Source: Bdellovibrionota bacterium
GTDB lineage: Bacteria > Bdellovibrionota > UBA1018 > CAIPTA01 > JAALKR01
Assembly: GCA_965207455.1 (NCBI GenBank)
Contig: CBDBMJ010000001.1
Coordinates: 992,001 to 1,056,000, forward strand
Reading direction: 5' to 3'
DNA length: 64,000 bases
In this document: positions 53,329 through 61,763 of the stretch, one piece after another
Position numbering within the stretch: position 1 is the stretch's first letter
Layout of the letters: every line of letters begins with the position of its first letter
Notes under the pieces: generated by a model
What the model was told of the DNA's origin: nothing
The model's input: the letters and a program-made list of their open reading frames with translations, nothing else
The model's database searches: none
Position numbers and translations under genes: made by a program

Positions 53329-53424
53329 TGCGAAAAAACAATTGACATATCTATCCTTTTTCTTTAAAAGAATTAAAGTTAAGCAATAATGCTTAACATT
53401 AACTAATAAAAAGGAGAACAAAAA

Positions 53425-53935
53425 ATGAAAAAGAAAAATATAAACATTATGTACTTAATAATATGTGCACTTGCTATGCCAGTACTAGCTGAGGCTAATT
53501 ATTATAAGCTGGAGGATGCTTTTAATAAAGCGGGAACAGTATCTAAAGAAGAGGTTGTTGGCTGGATGAGTGGACGATGCTTCCCTACAGATAATCCATA
53601 TCGTGCTGAAAACTCATTACTGGTTGCAACTGAAGTTCGATACCACAGTGGTGGCCCCGCATTAGGAGGTGAGCATCACTATATGATGTGGTGGGCTTGG
53701 AACGAAGGTGCAACTTATTTTGATTACATGTCCCAAGGAGAGATAATATCGACCAGAAACAGCTTAAATTGGATTTTTAGCAACCTCAGAATTCGCAAGA
53801 GTTTTGGGAGCCTTATGATAACTTATTCTTCAAACCTCGGCACAAAAATGTGTTGAATAATATGCTTAGGGGTCAGTAGCAGGATTGCACGGATAAAGAA
53901 GGTTCCGGTAAATTAGTTTGACACCGAATACTGTG
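53425..53935 (+). pseudogene. Secreted paralog family member 5, 3' half disrupted by many small deletions (ORF stops at 53856)
   Basis: Own signal peptide; core matches member 4, then diverges by about 10 indels. Confidence 0.7.
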
Positions 53936-54067
53936 TTTCAATGAAAAATCCCCTCCATTATGAGGGGATTTTTTTAGCGTCATATTTGTTATAACTACCT
54001 AGATCCCCTATTTCAGGGAAGTTGTCCGTTTAACGATCTCCGTGGGTGTTTTCAGTCGACTTTTTTC

Positions 54068-54457
54068 ATGAAAGCCATAACTGATACCACTAGCGAGGCT
54101 CCATGCTCTCTTGAAAAGCTAGTATTCCACTCGACCAAGGGGAGTCAGTACTGTTCTACACAAGTGCGAGAGAGACTTAATTTATTGAGAATTACTCAAT
54201 CAATGTCGAGAAAGGGAAATGATAATGCTTATGCAGAAAGTTTTTTCCATACAATTAAAAATGAGCTAGGAAAGACAAAATTTAAGGATGTATCTGAGGC
54301 AAGGAGGACAGTTTTTGAATACATAAGATAATATAATCGAGAAAAACTGCATTCTTCGTTTGGGTATTTGAGTCCGATAGATTATGTTAGAAAAACAAAG
54401 CGCTGTGTTGTGTAAAAGTATCCTACACCTTGTATTTTTCACTTGACATTATATGAA
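54068..54457 (+). pseudogene. IS3-family transposase C-terminal fragment with probable right end
   Basis: LVFHSTKGSQY, AESFFHTIKNE, frameshifted YNREKLHSSFGYLSP. Confidence 0.8.
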
Positions 54458-54536
54458 TGCACGCGATACATGGTAATAGGTAAGAGACGTGAAAAGACAT
54501 AAATAACTAAACTAAAATATAGAAGGGAATTAAAAA

Positions 54537-55511
54537 ATGAAAAGTAATATAAAATCACTACTAACCATCATGAGCATTCTAATACTAGGTGGAAGTTCTA
54601 GTTGGGCTGCCGACAACAGTAAAAAACCTGTTGCCGACGGTAAAAACCTTAGTGCCACAGCCTCTCCAAGTGTTGGGCTACAAACAGAGAGCACTCCAGG
54701 AACGGTAACTGCGACTATGCCAGAAAAAAAGGAAAATAAACCAGTATCTTTATACTATTCACTCTATTTTTCAGGTCCAAGCTTTACACATCTGGATGGA
54801 AAATCAGGTCCAGGAGCCTCACTTGGTATGCAGCACTATCTTGGTGGTTCTATGAAGCTAAGCTCCAACTGGAAACTGTCTCTTACAACACTCACAACCA
54901 ATACGCTATCCAGTGATTCTGTTTGGGACACATTTGCTTTTCAAAATCCATACCTTACTCTAAGCCGCTCTAATCTTTTAAACCAAGAAGATCATGGAAT
55001 GGGTTTTAGTGCTAACCTTAGGTACTATGTACCCACATCCTCAGGAACGTACGATAGTATTGGTACATCTAGCGATTCTGGAAATGGTACTCTTAGATTC
55101 TCTGTTGTTCCATCGAGAACTTTTTTCAAGGACGACAGCTTAAGCGTACGTTTAGAAAACCGATGGACAGTTCCTTTAGCTGTCTCCAACCTAGAAACAG
55201 GGGAGAGATTAGGATCTAAAGTCACAGAGCAGCGTGACCTTACATATACCTTAATTGCTAGTGCTGGCTATGATATGACTGACAACTTTCAACCATATTT
55301 AGTTTATCTTTCAAACACCAGCCACTATCAGAGTAAACAAGGTGCTGGCCGTGGCACATCATGGGAAGATAATCAGATACTTGAACTTGGTTTTGATTAT
55401 CAGCCTGCTGTTAAAGGTTTAAATTTAGGCATGTATGTGGACTTTCCCACAGCAGAAAAGACGTTCACTGAAGCTCAAATTGGTCTATACTTAGACTACA
55501 CAATGCTCTAA
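54537..55511 (+). CDS. Putative outer-membrane beta-barrel protein, paralog of 47705..48595
   Basis: Shared blocks FSGPSFT.LDGK.GPGAS, TNTLSSDSVWDTFAFQ, LETGERL, GxYxDFPT. Confidence 0.65.
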   Translation: MKSNIKSLLTIMSILILGGSSSWAADNSKKPVADGKNLSATASPSVGLQTESTPGTVTATMPEKKENKPVSLYYSLYFSGPSFTHLDGKSGPGASLGMQHYLGGSMKLSSNWKLSLTTLTTNTLSSDSVWDTFAFQNPYLTLSRSNLLNQEDHGMGFSANLRYYVPTSSGTYDSIGTSSDSGNGTLRFSVVPSRTFFKDDSLSVRLENRWTVPLAVSNLETGERLGSKVTEQRDLTYTLIASAGYDMTDNFQPYLVYLSNTSHYQSKQGAGRGTSWEDNQILELGFDYQPAVKGLNLGMYVDFPTAEKTFTEAQIGLYLDYTML

Positions 55512-55539
55512 AAAGTTCATAAAAAGCACCGTATTTAAT

Positions 55540-55570
55540 AAAAAGCACTCCTAATGGGAGTGCTTTTTTG
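55540..55570 (+). terminator. Intrinsic (bidirectional-type) terminator
   Basis: aaaaagcactcc taat gggagtgctttttt. Confidence 0.85.
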
Positions 55571-55584
55571 GTTTTTGCTCCCTT

Positions 55585-56421
55585 ATGGAGTACAATTTCT
55601 ATATGGAGCACTGCTATATTCGACTTCAGGGACTTACTACTGGTCCCTACACAAAACAGAAAATTGAAGACCTGCTTAGCAAAGGGGATTTAAATCCCCA
55701 AACTCCTATTTTTTTCTCACAAAACCGCCAATGGAAACAAGCTCAAGATTGGCAAATATTTTACCCTCAAGCCAAACAGACCTCCTCCCTCCTGCCTCCT
55801 CCTAAATGGAAGAAACCTAGCACCGTCAAAAGAGTCCAATGGTGGGACAAAAAGAAAGTTTTTTTCGAACCAACGAAAGAAACTATTTCTCCACCCAAGG
55901 TTGTCGCCAAAAAAGCAATACCCAAAGCAACGCCCACTGTAGCGCCCGTTATTGCGCCTGTCATTCCTAAAAAGCTCCAAGAAAAAAAACCAGAGATTAT
56001 TATCAAAAAAGAAGCACCCAAGGCAACGCCCACTACTGTGCCTATTATTGCCAATGAGACACCTCTAAAAGAAGACCCTGTTTTTCTCGCTCTTCTAGAG
56101 GATGTGAGATCTTTACAAAAAGAACCTATTCCCTCTCTCGAACCCCTTCCCAATAGTGTTCTCTATACGAATAGACATCGAAATAAAATCGTTGTTTTAA
56201 CCACTGCTTTTTTTCTACTGATTACTGCCACTACACTCCAGTTTGTATTTAATCCAAGTACAGTAACCATGCCTCCTAAAGCAATAAGTAAGAAAACACC
56301 GGTTATCCCTTCCTCTAAAATCGTACAGAGCAATAGAAAAAAAATAAATACACCCACAGTGAGCATGGAATTTCCCAAGCTAAGAGCTCCTCTACGTCCC
56401 AAGCGTAGCCGAGCCCGATAA
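55585..56421 (+). CDS. GYF_2 (DUF4339) domain membrane protein with Pro-rich linker
   Basis: GPYT...I..L...G.L...T.I......W; single C-proximal TM. Confidence 0.65.
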   Translation: MEYNFYMEHCYIRLQGLTTGPYTKQKIEDLLSKGDLNPQTPIFFSQNRQWKQAQDWQIFYPQAKQTSSLLPPPKWKKPSTVKRVQWWDKKKVFFEPTKETISPPKVVAKKAIPKATPTVAPVIAPVIPKKLQEKKPEIIIKKEAPKATPTTVPIIANETPLKEDPVFLALLEDVRSLQKEPIPSLEPLPNSVLYTNRHRNKIVVLTTAFFLLITATTLQFVFNPSTVTMPPKAISKKTPVIPSSKIVQSNRKKINTPTVSMEFPKLRAPLRPKRSRAR

Positions 56422-56424
56422 AAA

Positions 56425-57318
56425 ATGGCTTTAAGAACTCGAAAAGAAACTCGTTCCGTAGTTCAAAAAATCCTTTCCTTACCCCGTCTGCTACTCATTT
56501 CTTTCTATTTAGGTATTGTGCTTCTTGGATGCAATCTATTCCAATATGCCTCTATTGTCGTACGTCCTTTTTCAAAAAAAACATTTCGTAGGATAAATCA
56601 CTTTATTGCCCATGTATTTTGGAAAGCCCTTTGCGACAGCTTAAAAAAATTCAATCACTACTCCATCAACTACTCTGGCGATCATTATCCAGAGAAGGAG
56701 AAAAAGAATATACTAATTATTGTAAACCACCAAGCCATCTGTGATATTCCCTTGATTCTCGACTTTGCCCATAGAAAAGGGTGCAAGGGCACGATTAAAT
56801 TTTTTCTGAAAGAATCCTTAAAATATATTCCGGGTGTGGGCTGGGGAGGACGGTTGCTGGAGTTTTTATTTGTAAAGCGTAATTGGACAAGGGATAAAAA
56901 GTTTGTACAACAAGTACTTCATTGCTACAGAGAATATGATGTACCCTATAGCATTGTTATTTTTCCAGAAAGCACGAGAATTACAGCAAAAAAACTCCAA
57001 CGCAGTCAACAGAGGGCCAAGGAAAAGGGTATTGGTATTGAAACAAAACAAGTGCTATCTCCCCGTGAAAAAGGATTTGTTACCACTCTCCAGTCTCTCC
57101 GCGACAATTTGGACATAGTCTATGACGTTACGATTTCCTATCCTGAGGGAGCCCCCACTCTCCTCCAATTACTTTCTGGAAATGGTGGACCTATAAATGT
57201 AGACGCGAAGGGTTATAATGTCGCAACGCTTCCTCTCAGTGAAGAAGCATTAACCACATGGCTACAGCAACGTTTCCAAGAAAAAGATAGCGCACTAGCA
57301 AACTTTGCTGCTATATAA
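56425..57318 (+). CDS. Lysophospholipid acyltransferase (PlsC/YihG-like)
   Basis: NHQAICD, FFLKESL, FVKRNW, IFPESTR, YDVTISY. Confidence 0.88.
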   Translation: MALRTRKETRSVVQKILSLPRLLLISFYLGIVLLGCNLFQYASIVVRPFSKKTFRRINHFIAHVFWKALCDSLKKFNHYSINYSGDHYPEKEKKNILIIVNHQAICDIPLILDFAHRKGCKGTIKFFLKESLKYIPGVGWGGRLLEFLFVKRNWTRDKKFVQQVLHCYREYDVPYSIVIFPESTRITAKKLQRSQQRAKEKGIGIETKQVLSPREKGFVTTLQSLRDNLDIVYDVTISYPEGAPTLLQLLSGNGGPINVDAKGYNVATLPLSEEALTTWLQQRFQEKDSALANFAAI

Positions 57319-57351
57319 TAAAGATTAAGAGGGAATGAGGGTAAATAATAA

Positions 57352-58281
57352 ATGAAAAAATTTAGCCATACCACCCAAACAGCCGATGGTGCAGCCCGTG
57401 CCTGGGTAGCCCCTGTACAGCTTGAAACTCTTTGGATCAATACGGGAACCTTATGTAACCTCACCTGTAAAAATTGTTATATTGAATCCAGCCCCCATAA
57501 CGACCGTCTAGTCTATATTACAACCAATGAACTCCGCACCTACTTGGACGAAATTAAAACTGAGAGCTATGGCACGAAAGAAATAGGTTTTACTGGAGGG
57601 GAGCCTTTTTTAAATCCCGATATGCTGGAAATGATAAAAGAGTGCTTAGAGCGTGGATTTGAAACTTTAATTTTATCCAATGCTATGAAGCCCATGCAAA
57701 ATCATTTTGAAGAACTCCTTGCCCTAAAAGAAAAATATCCCCAGCATCTTAAAATTCGAGTTTCTCTAGACCACTATAAAGAAGAAATGCATGCAAAGGA
57801 ACGTGGACCCAAAGCATGGAAGCCTGCACTAAAAGGATTAAAAGACCTTTCCCTACATAATTTTTCTATCAGTGTGGCTGGAAGGACTGCTTGGGAGGAA
57901 ACAGAGGATTCCATGCGACTCGGTTACCACCAACTATTTATGAAAGAAAATATCAATCTGGATGCCAGCAATCCAAATCTCTTGGTACTATTTCCAGAAA
58001 TGGACGTTAATGTAGATGTTCCAGAGATCACCACTAAATGCTGGGATACCTTAAACATTTCCCCTAAAAGTATTATGTGTGCCACTTCCAGAATGGTAGT
58101 AAAACGAAAGGGAGAGTCCCATCCCAAAGTGTTGGCCTGCACCCTACTTCCTTATGATAGGGAATTTGAAATGGGTTCCACATTAAAAGAATCCCTACGC
58201 CGTATATACCTAAACCACGTTCACTGTGCAAAATTTTGCGTACTGGGTGGTGCTTCCTGTAGCGTGCAAGAAACTCCCTAA
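57352..58281 (+). CDS. Radical SAM protein
   Basis: CNLTCKNC, FTGGEP; extra C-terminal Cys (HCAKFC...ASC). Confidence 0.9.
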   Translation: MKKFSHTTQTADGAARAWVAPVQLETLWINTGTLCNLTCKNCYIESSPHNDRLVYITTNELRTYLDEIKTESYGTKEIGFTGGEPFLNPDMLEMIKECLERGFETLILSNAMKPMQNHFEELLALKEKYPQHLKIRVSLDHYKEEMHAKERGPKAWKPALKGLKDLSLHNFSISVAGRTAWEETEDSMRLGYHQLFMKENINLDASNPNLLVLFPEMDVNVDVPEITTKCWDTLNISPKSIMCATSRMVVKRKGESHPKVLACTLLPYDREFEMGSTLKESLRRIYLNHVHCAKFCVLGGASCSVQETP

Positions 58282-58326
58282 ATTCCTTCATAATACTACC
58301 TGCTTTACTGTTTTTTTTTACTATTC

Positions 58327-58356
58327 TTGACAGAATTTTAAATTAACGTTCATACT
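58327..58356 (+). promoter_or_regulatory. Candidate sigma70 promoter for top6B
   Basis: TTGACA-N18-CATACT upstream of an AAGGAG RBS and TTG start. Confidence 0.4.
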
Positions 58357-58388
58357 ACATTATGAAGCAGTAAGGAGCGCCGTACACT

Positions 58389-60137
58389 TTGACGAAAAAT
58401 ACAATTACTTCCAGCAGTGCCGCAGAGTACTTTTCCAAGAATCTACAACAGGTGGGGTTTTCCTCTCCCATAAAAGCAGTACTCACCACCCTAAAGGAAT
58501 CAGTCGACAATGCTTTGGATGCTTGTGAATCTTACAATATTTTGCCAGAAATCAGTGTGGAGATCAGCAGGATCAGTAAAGGAACCACAAAAAACTCCGA
58601 TCTAATAGAAATCAAAGTTACGGATAATGGTCCCGGTATTGATCCTACCGACCTGGCCAAGGTGTTTGGTGAGTATTTAGCTTCCTCGAAATTTGGTCGC
58701 GGACAATGCTCCCGTGGTCAGCAAGGTATTGGTATTTCAGCTGCTGTTACCTGGGCCCAGCTTACCAACGCTAAGGGAGTGGTTGTAACTACGAAGACAA
58801 AGCGTATGAGAAAGGCTATAAAAGCTCTTGTAAACGTAAATATTAAGGGCAACGAAGGAATTATTAAAAAGAAAGAAACCATAGACTGGCATCAAGACCA
58901 TGGTACTTGTGTGCTGTTTCGTATTGACGGCAAGGTGCAACTAAAGGGTGACGGTGGTTTAATCACCTACCTGGAGGGCACCATCTTAGTCAATCCCCAC
59001 CTCACCTTACAATATAAATTATTAGACAATGAAACAGTCCATGCGAAGCGGGTATCCGATGAAATACCAAAAATTCCAGAACCTACCCTTCCCCATCCCC
59101 ACACCATGAAGTTGGGAGAATTTATGTCCCATGCCCATCTCCATGGAAAGGTACAGTTTAGAAAGTTCCTCCGAACTGGATTCTCTCGAATCACGGATCA
59201 AACCATAAAGGAATTGATAAAGAATGGGTTTCCTCGAAAGGTATTAGATACCCCCATACTCAAGCTCACCCAAGACGATTATAAAAAATGTTTTCAAGTG
59301 ATACAGGAAGCGAATCTGATGAGTCCCAGCACCCGTTCCGTACTGCGGGTAGGAGAGGAAGCTCTCTCCAAAAGTATTCAGCGACTGGGGCTAGTGGATT
59401 TCTTCAGTGTGGTGGCTAGACGGCCCTGTATTTGTGATTCTAAGCCTGTGGTAGTGGAGGTAGCTATTGCCCGTTTTAAGAATCGTGGTGGCGAGGCAGA
59501 TGACCCGGTCCAGCTCCTACGTTTTGCCAATCGAGTGCCTCTCCAGTTCGACAAATCTTCCTGCGCCATTACCAAAGCCATAGAAACGGTAAACTGGCGT
59601 TCCTATGGCCTACAACAGCCCAAGGGTTCCATCCCTCTGGGGCCCTATGTGGTGGCTGTGAGTATGGTTTCTCCATTTATTAAGTTTAAAAATGCGTCTA
59701 AAGAAACGATCGACGCCAGTGACGAGTTAGTGGAAGAAATTCGACGAGCCGTAATGCAAGCAGGACAACGCCTGTCCCGTCACATTAAGAAAGAGGATCG
59801 GGAGTCAGCGTTAGAAAAAAAATTACAGCATATTGAAAAATTTGGACCCCTACTGATCAGTATTTTGGGTAGGATCACAAAGTCACCTGCAAAGCGCATT
59901 AAGAAAGCAGAGGCTGGACTCAAAAAAATACTGGGACGGGATACAAAGGAAGCGAAAAAAGATTTGGCAGAGGCAGCACAAAAATTAGATAAATTACATG
60001 AAAGACACACCCACCTTACTGTGGATTCCAAACCAGAAGAACAGAAACCAGAAGAACAGAAAAGTAACAAGAAAACCAAAAAGAAGGGAAAGCATGGCAC
60101 TACTAAAGGTAAGAAAACTAGAAAAAGACATTCCTAA
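58389..60137 (+). CDS. top6B: DNA topoisomerase VI subunit B
   Basis: S.AEYF.KN...GF, KESVDNALDA, DNGPG, SRGQQGIGIS, HPH, RFANRVPL, SKE. Confidence 0.93.
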   Translation: MTKNTITSSSAAEYFSKNLQQVGFSSPIKAVLTTLKESVDNALDACESYNILPEISVEISRISKGTTKNSDLIEIKVTDNGPGIDPTDLAKVFGEYLASSKFGRGQCSRGQQGIGISAAVTWAQLTNAKGVVVTTKTKRMRKAIKALVNVNIKGNEGIIKKKETIDWHQDHGTCVLFRIDGKVQLKGDGGLITYLEGTILVNPHLTLQYKLLDNETVHAKRVSDEIPKIPEPTLPHPHTMKLGEFMSHAHLHGKVQFRKFLRTGFSRITDQTIKELIKNGFPRKVLDTPILKLTQDDYKKCFQVIQEANLMSPSTRSVLRVGEEALSKSIQRLGLVDFFSVVARRPCICDSKPVVVEVAIARFKNRGGEADDPVQLLRFANRVPLQFDKSSCAITKAIETVNWRSYGLQQPKGSIPLGPYVVAVSMVSPFIKFKNASKETIDASDELVEEIRRAVMQAGQRLSRHIKKEDRESALEKKLQHIEKFGPLLISILGRITKSPAKRIKKAEAGLKKILGRDTKEAKKDLAEAAQKLDKLHERHTHLTVDSKPEEQKPEEQKSNKKTKKKGKHGTTKGKKTRKRHS

Positions 60138-61254
60138 ATTAGCTCAATCCATCTGTGAGTCCATGTTAAAAGACTTGGAGAACTCCAAGCGTCCCGTGCT
60201 AAAAGCCATAAAATGTGCTCTTGATAATTGCGTCTACGATGCCAAGGTAGGTTACCTCACCCCTGGAGGTAAGAAAGTACAAACGGAGCTCAATGTATCC
60301 TCTGTACAAAAAATGTCTCGCATGGTTTTTCTCCTAGAGATTTTACTACGCAATATCAGCGTTGCTGGAGTAAACACAAAACGTGAAATTTATTATATTG
60401 CCAAAGGTTTTATACGATCACAGGCAATGTATAAACCATTAGATTTTGAGGATCAGGTGGAAAGTGATGCCATTATTGATTTCATTTGCGACATGATGGA
60501 AATATACCGCGAAGAACTCAACTGCTTTGCCAACGACCGTGGAGGGCAAACCTACTCCCAGCAGCTCATTGTAGTGGAGACTTTATTAGATAAAACAAAA
60601 GCCACCATCGACCTTTCCTCCCTGGGAACCTCTCCCTTTCAGCCAAAGAATAAACCCCAGTCCTTACAGCTAAAAATGAAACAGAAAATAGACTTTTGTC
60701 TAGTGATGGAATCCGAGGGCACTGCCAACACTCTCGCTGCCAACGGGTTTACTAAAAGAAATAAATGCATTCTTGTGGGTGCCCAAGGAGTGCCCAGCAA
60801 TGCGGTTCGAGGATGGATTAAACTCATTCAAGATCAACTGAAAATTCCAATTTTTTTCTGCGGAGACCTGGACGCCTATACCTTGCAAAATATTTACCGA
60901 ACCCTAAAAGCTGGCTCTGCTGCTAGCTTGATTCGTAATAGCGATTTCTCTGCTCCTAAGGTACATTTTCTAGGCGTACTACCTGAAGATGTAAAGAAAT
61001 ACGATCTCTATTGCTATTCAGTGGGTGGAAAAGACAAAGGCGAACTACGATCATTGAAAAAAGCAAGAGATGCACTAGCCAACGATCCATTTTTTCAAGA
61101 TAAAAATAATAAAAAATTAGCCTCCATATTAAAATGGCTTATTACAAATAAAAAACGTTGTGAGCAACAGGCGTTTTACTCCATAAATCCCAGAGACCCT
61201 CAAATGTTTGAGAAAATATTAGTACAAAAAATTAAAAATAAGTCTTATATATAA
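60094..61254 (+). CDS. top6A: DNA topoisomerase VI subunit A (Spo11-like)
   Basis: TKREIYY catalytic Tyr, Q.ESD, Toprim VMESEG and GDLD, EQQA. Confidence 0.9.
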   Translation: MALLKVRKLEKDIPKLAQSICESMLKDLENSKRPVLKAIKCALDNCVYDAKVGYLTPGGKKVQTELNVSSVQKMSRMVFLLEILLRNISVAGVNTKREIYYIAKGFIRSQAMYKPLDFEDQVESDAIIDFICDMMEIYREELNCFANDRGGQTYSQQLIVVETLLDKTKATIDLSSLGTSPFQPKNKPQSLQLKMKQKIDFCLVMESEGTANTLAANGFTKRNKCILVGAQGVPSNAVRGWIKLIQDQLKIPIFFCGDLDAYTLQNIYRTLKAGSAASLIRNSDFSAPKVHFLGVLPEDVKKYDLYCYSVGGKDKGELRSLKKARDALANDPFFQDKNNKKLASILKWLITNKKRCEQQAFYSINPRDPQMFEKILVQKIKNKSYI

Positions 61255-61271
61255 GACTAAAAATTAGAGAA

Positions 61272-61745
61272 TCAGCCAACTTTAGGGCGCACATGCTCCT
61301 TCACATACTGTACAATGGTATCCATGGACGTACCTGGAGTGAAAACTATACTCACACCATGTTTTTTTAAATTGGAAAAATCATCAGTGGGAATAATCCC
61401 TCCCACAATTAAAAGAATATCTTTTTTAAGAATAATACCTCTTTCTGCTAATTTTTTAGAAATTTCTGGAACTAAATAGTTATGGGCTCCAGATAATATG
61501 GAGAGACCAAGCACGTCCACATCCTCTTGAATAGCCGTATTCACCACCATATCTGCTGTTTGGTGCAATCCCGTATATACCACCTCAAACCCAGCATCAC
61601 GAAAGGCACGGGCAATAATTTTAGCTCCCCGGTCATGACCATCTAAACCCACTTTACCAATAAGCACACGAATTTCCGATCGTTCAGGATAGATAATATC
61701 CCCATCATTAAAAATTTCTTTCTTATTTTTTTCTGAGTTAGTCAT
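61272..61745 (-). CDS. Cobalamin-binding small subunit of acyl-CoA mutase (IcmB-like)
   Basis: GLDGHDRGAK DxHxxG motif, SILSGAH, VGGIIP, FTPG. Confidence 0.92.
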   Translation of the reverse strand: MTNSEKNKKEIFNDGDIIYPERSEIRVLIGKVGLDGHDRGAKIIARAFRDAGFEVVYTGLHQTADMVVNTAIQEDVDVLGLSILSGAHNYLVPEISKKLAERGIILKKDILLIVGGIIPTDDFSNLKKHGVSIVFTPGTSMDTIVQYVKEHVRPKVG

Positions 61746-61763
61746 ACAATACCTTTCCAATAA

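Noticed and set aside
52056..54327. Diversity-generating retroelement TR/VR pair
   Set aside because: Differences are not adenine-specific and there is no reverse transcriptase in the window
48600..54500. Integron cassette array
   Set aside because: No intI and no recognisable attC sites; the units carry their own promoters and terminators
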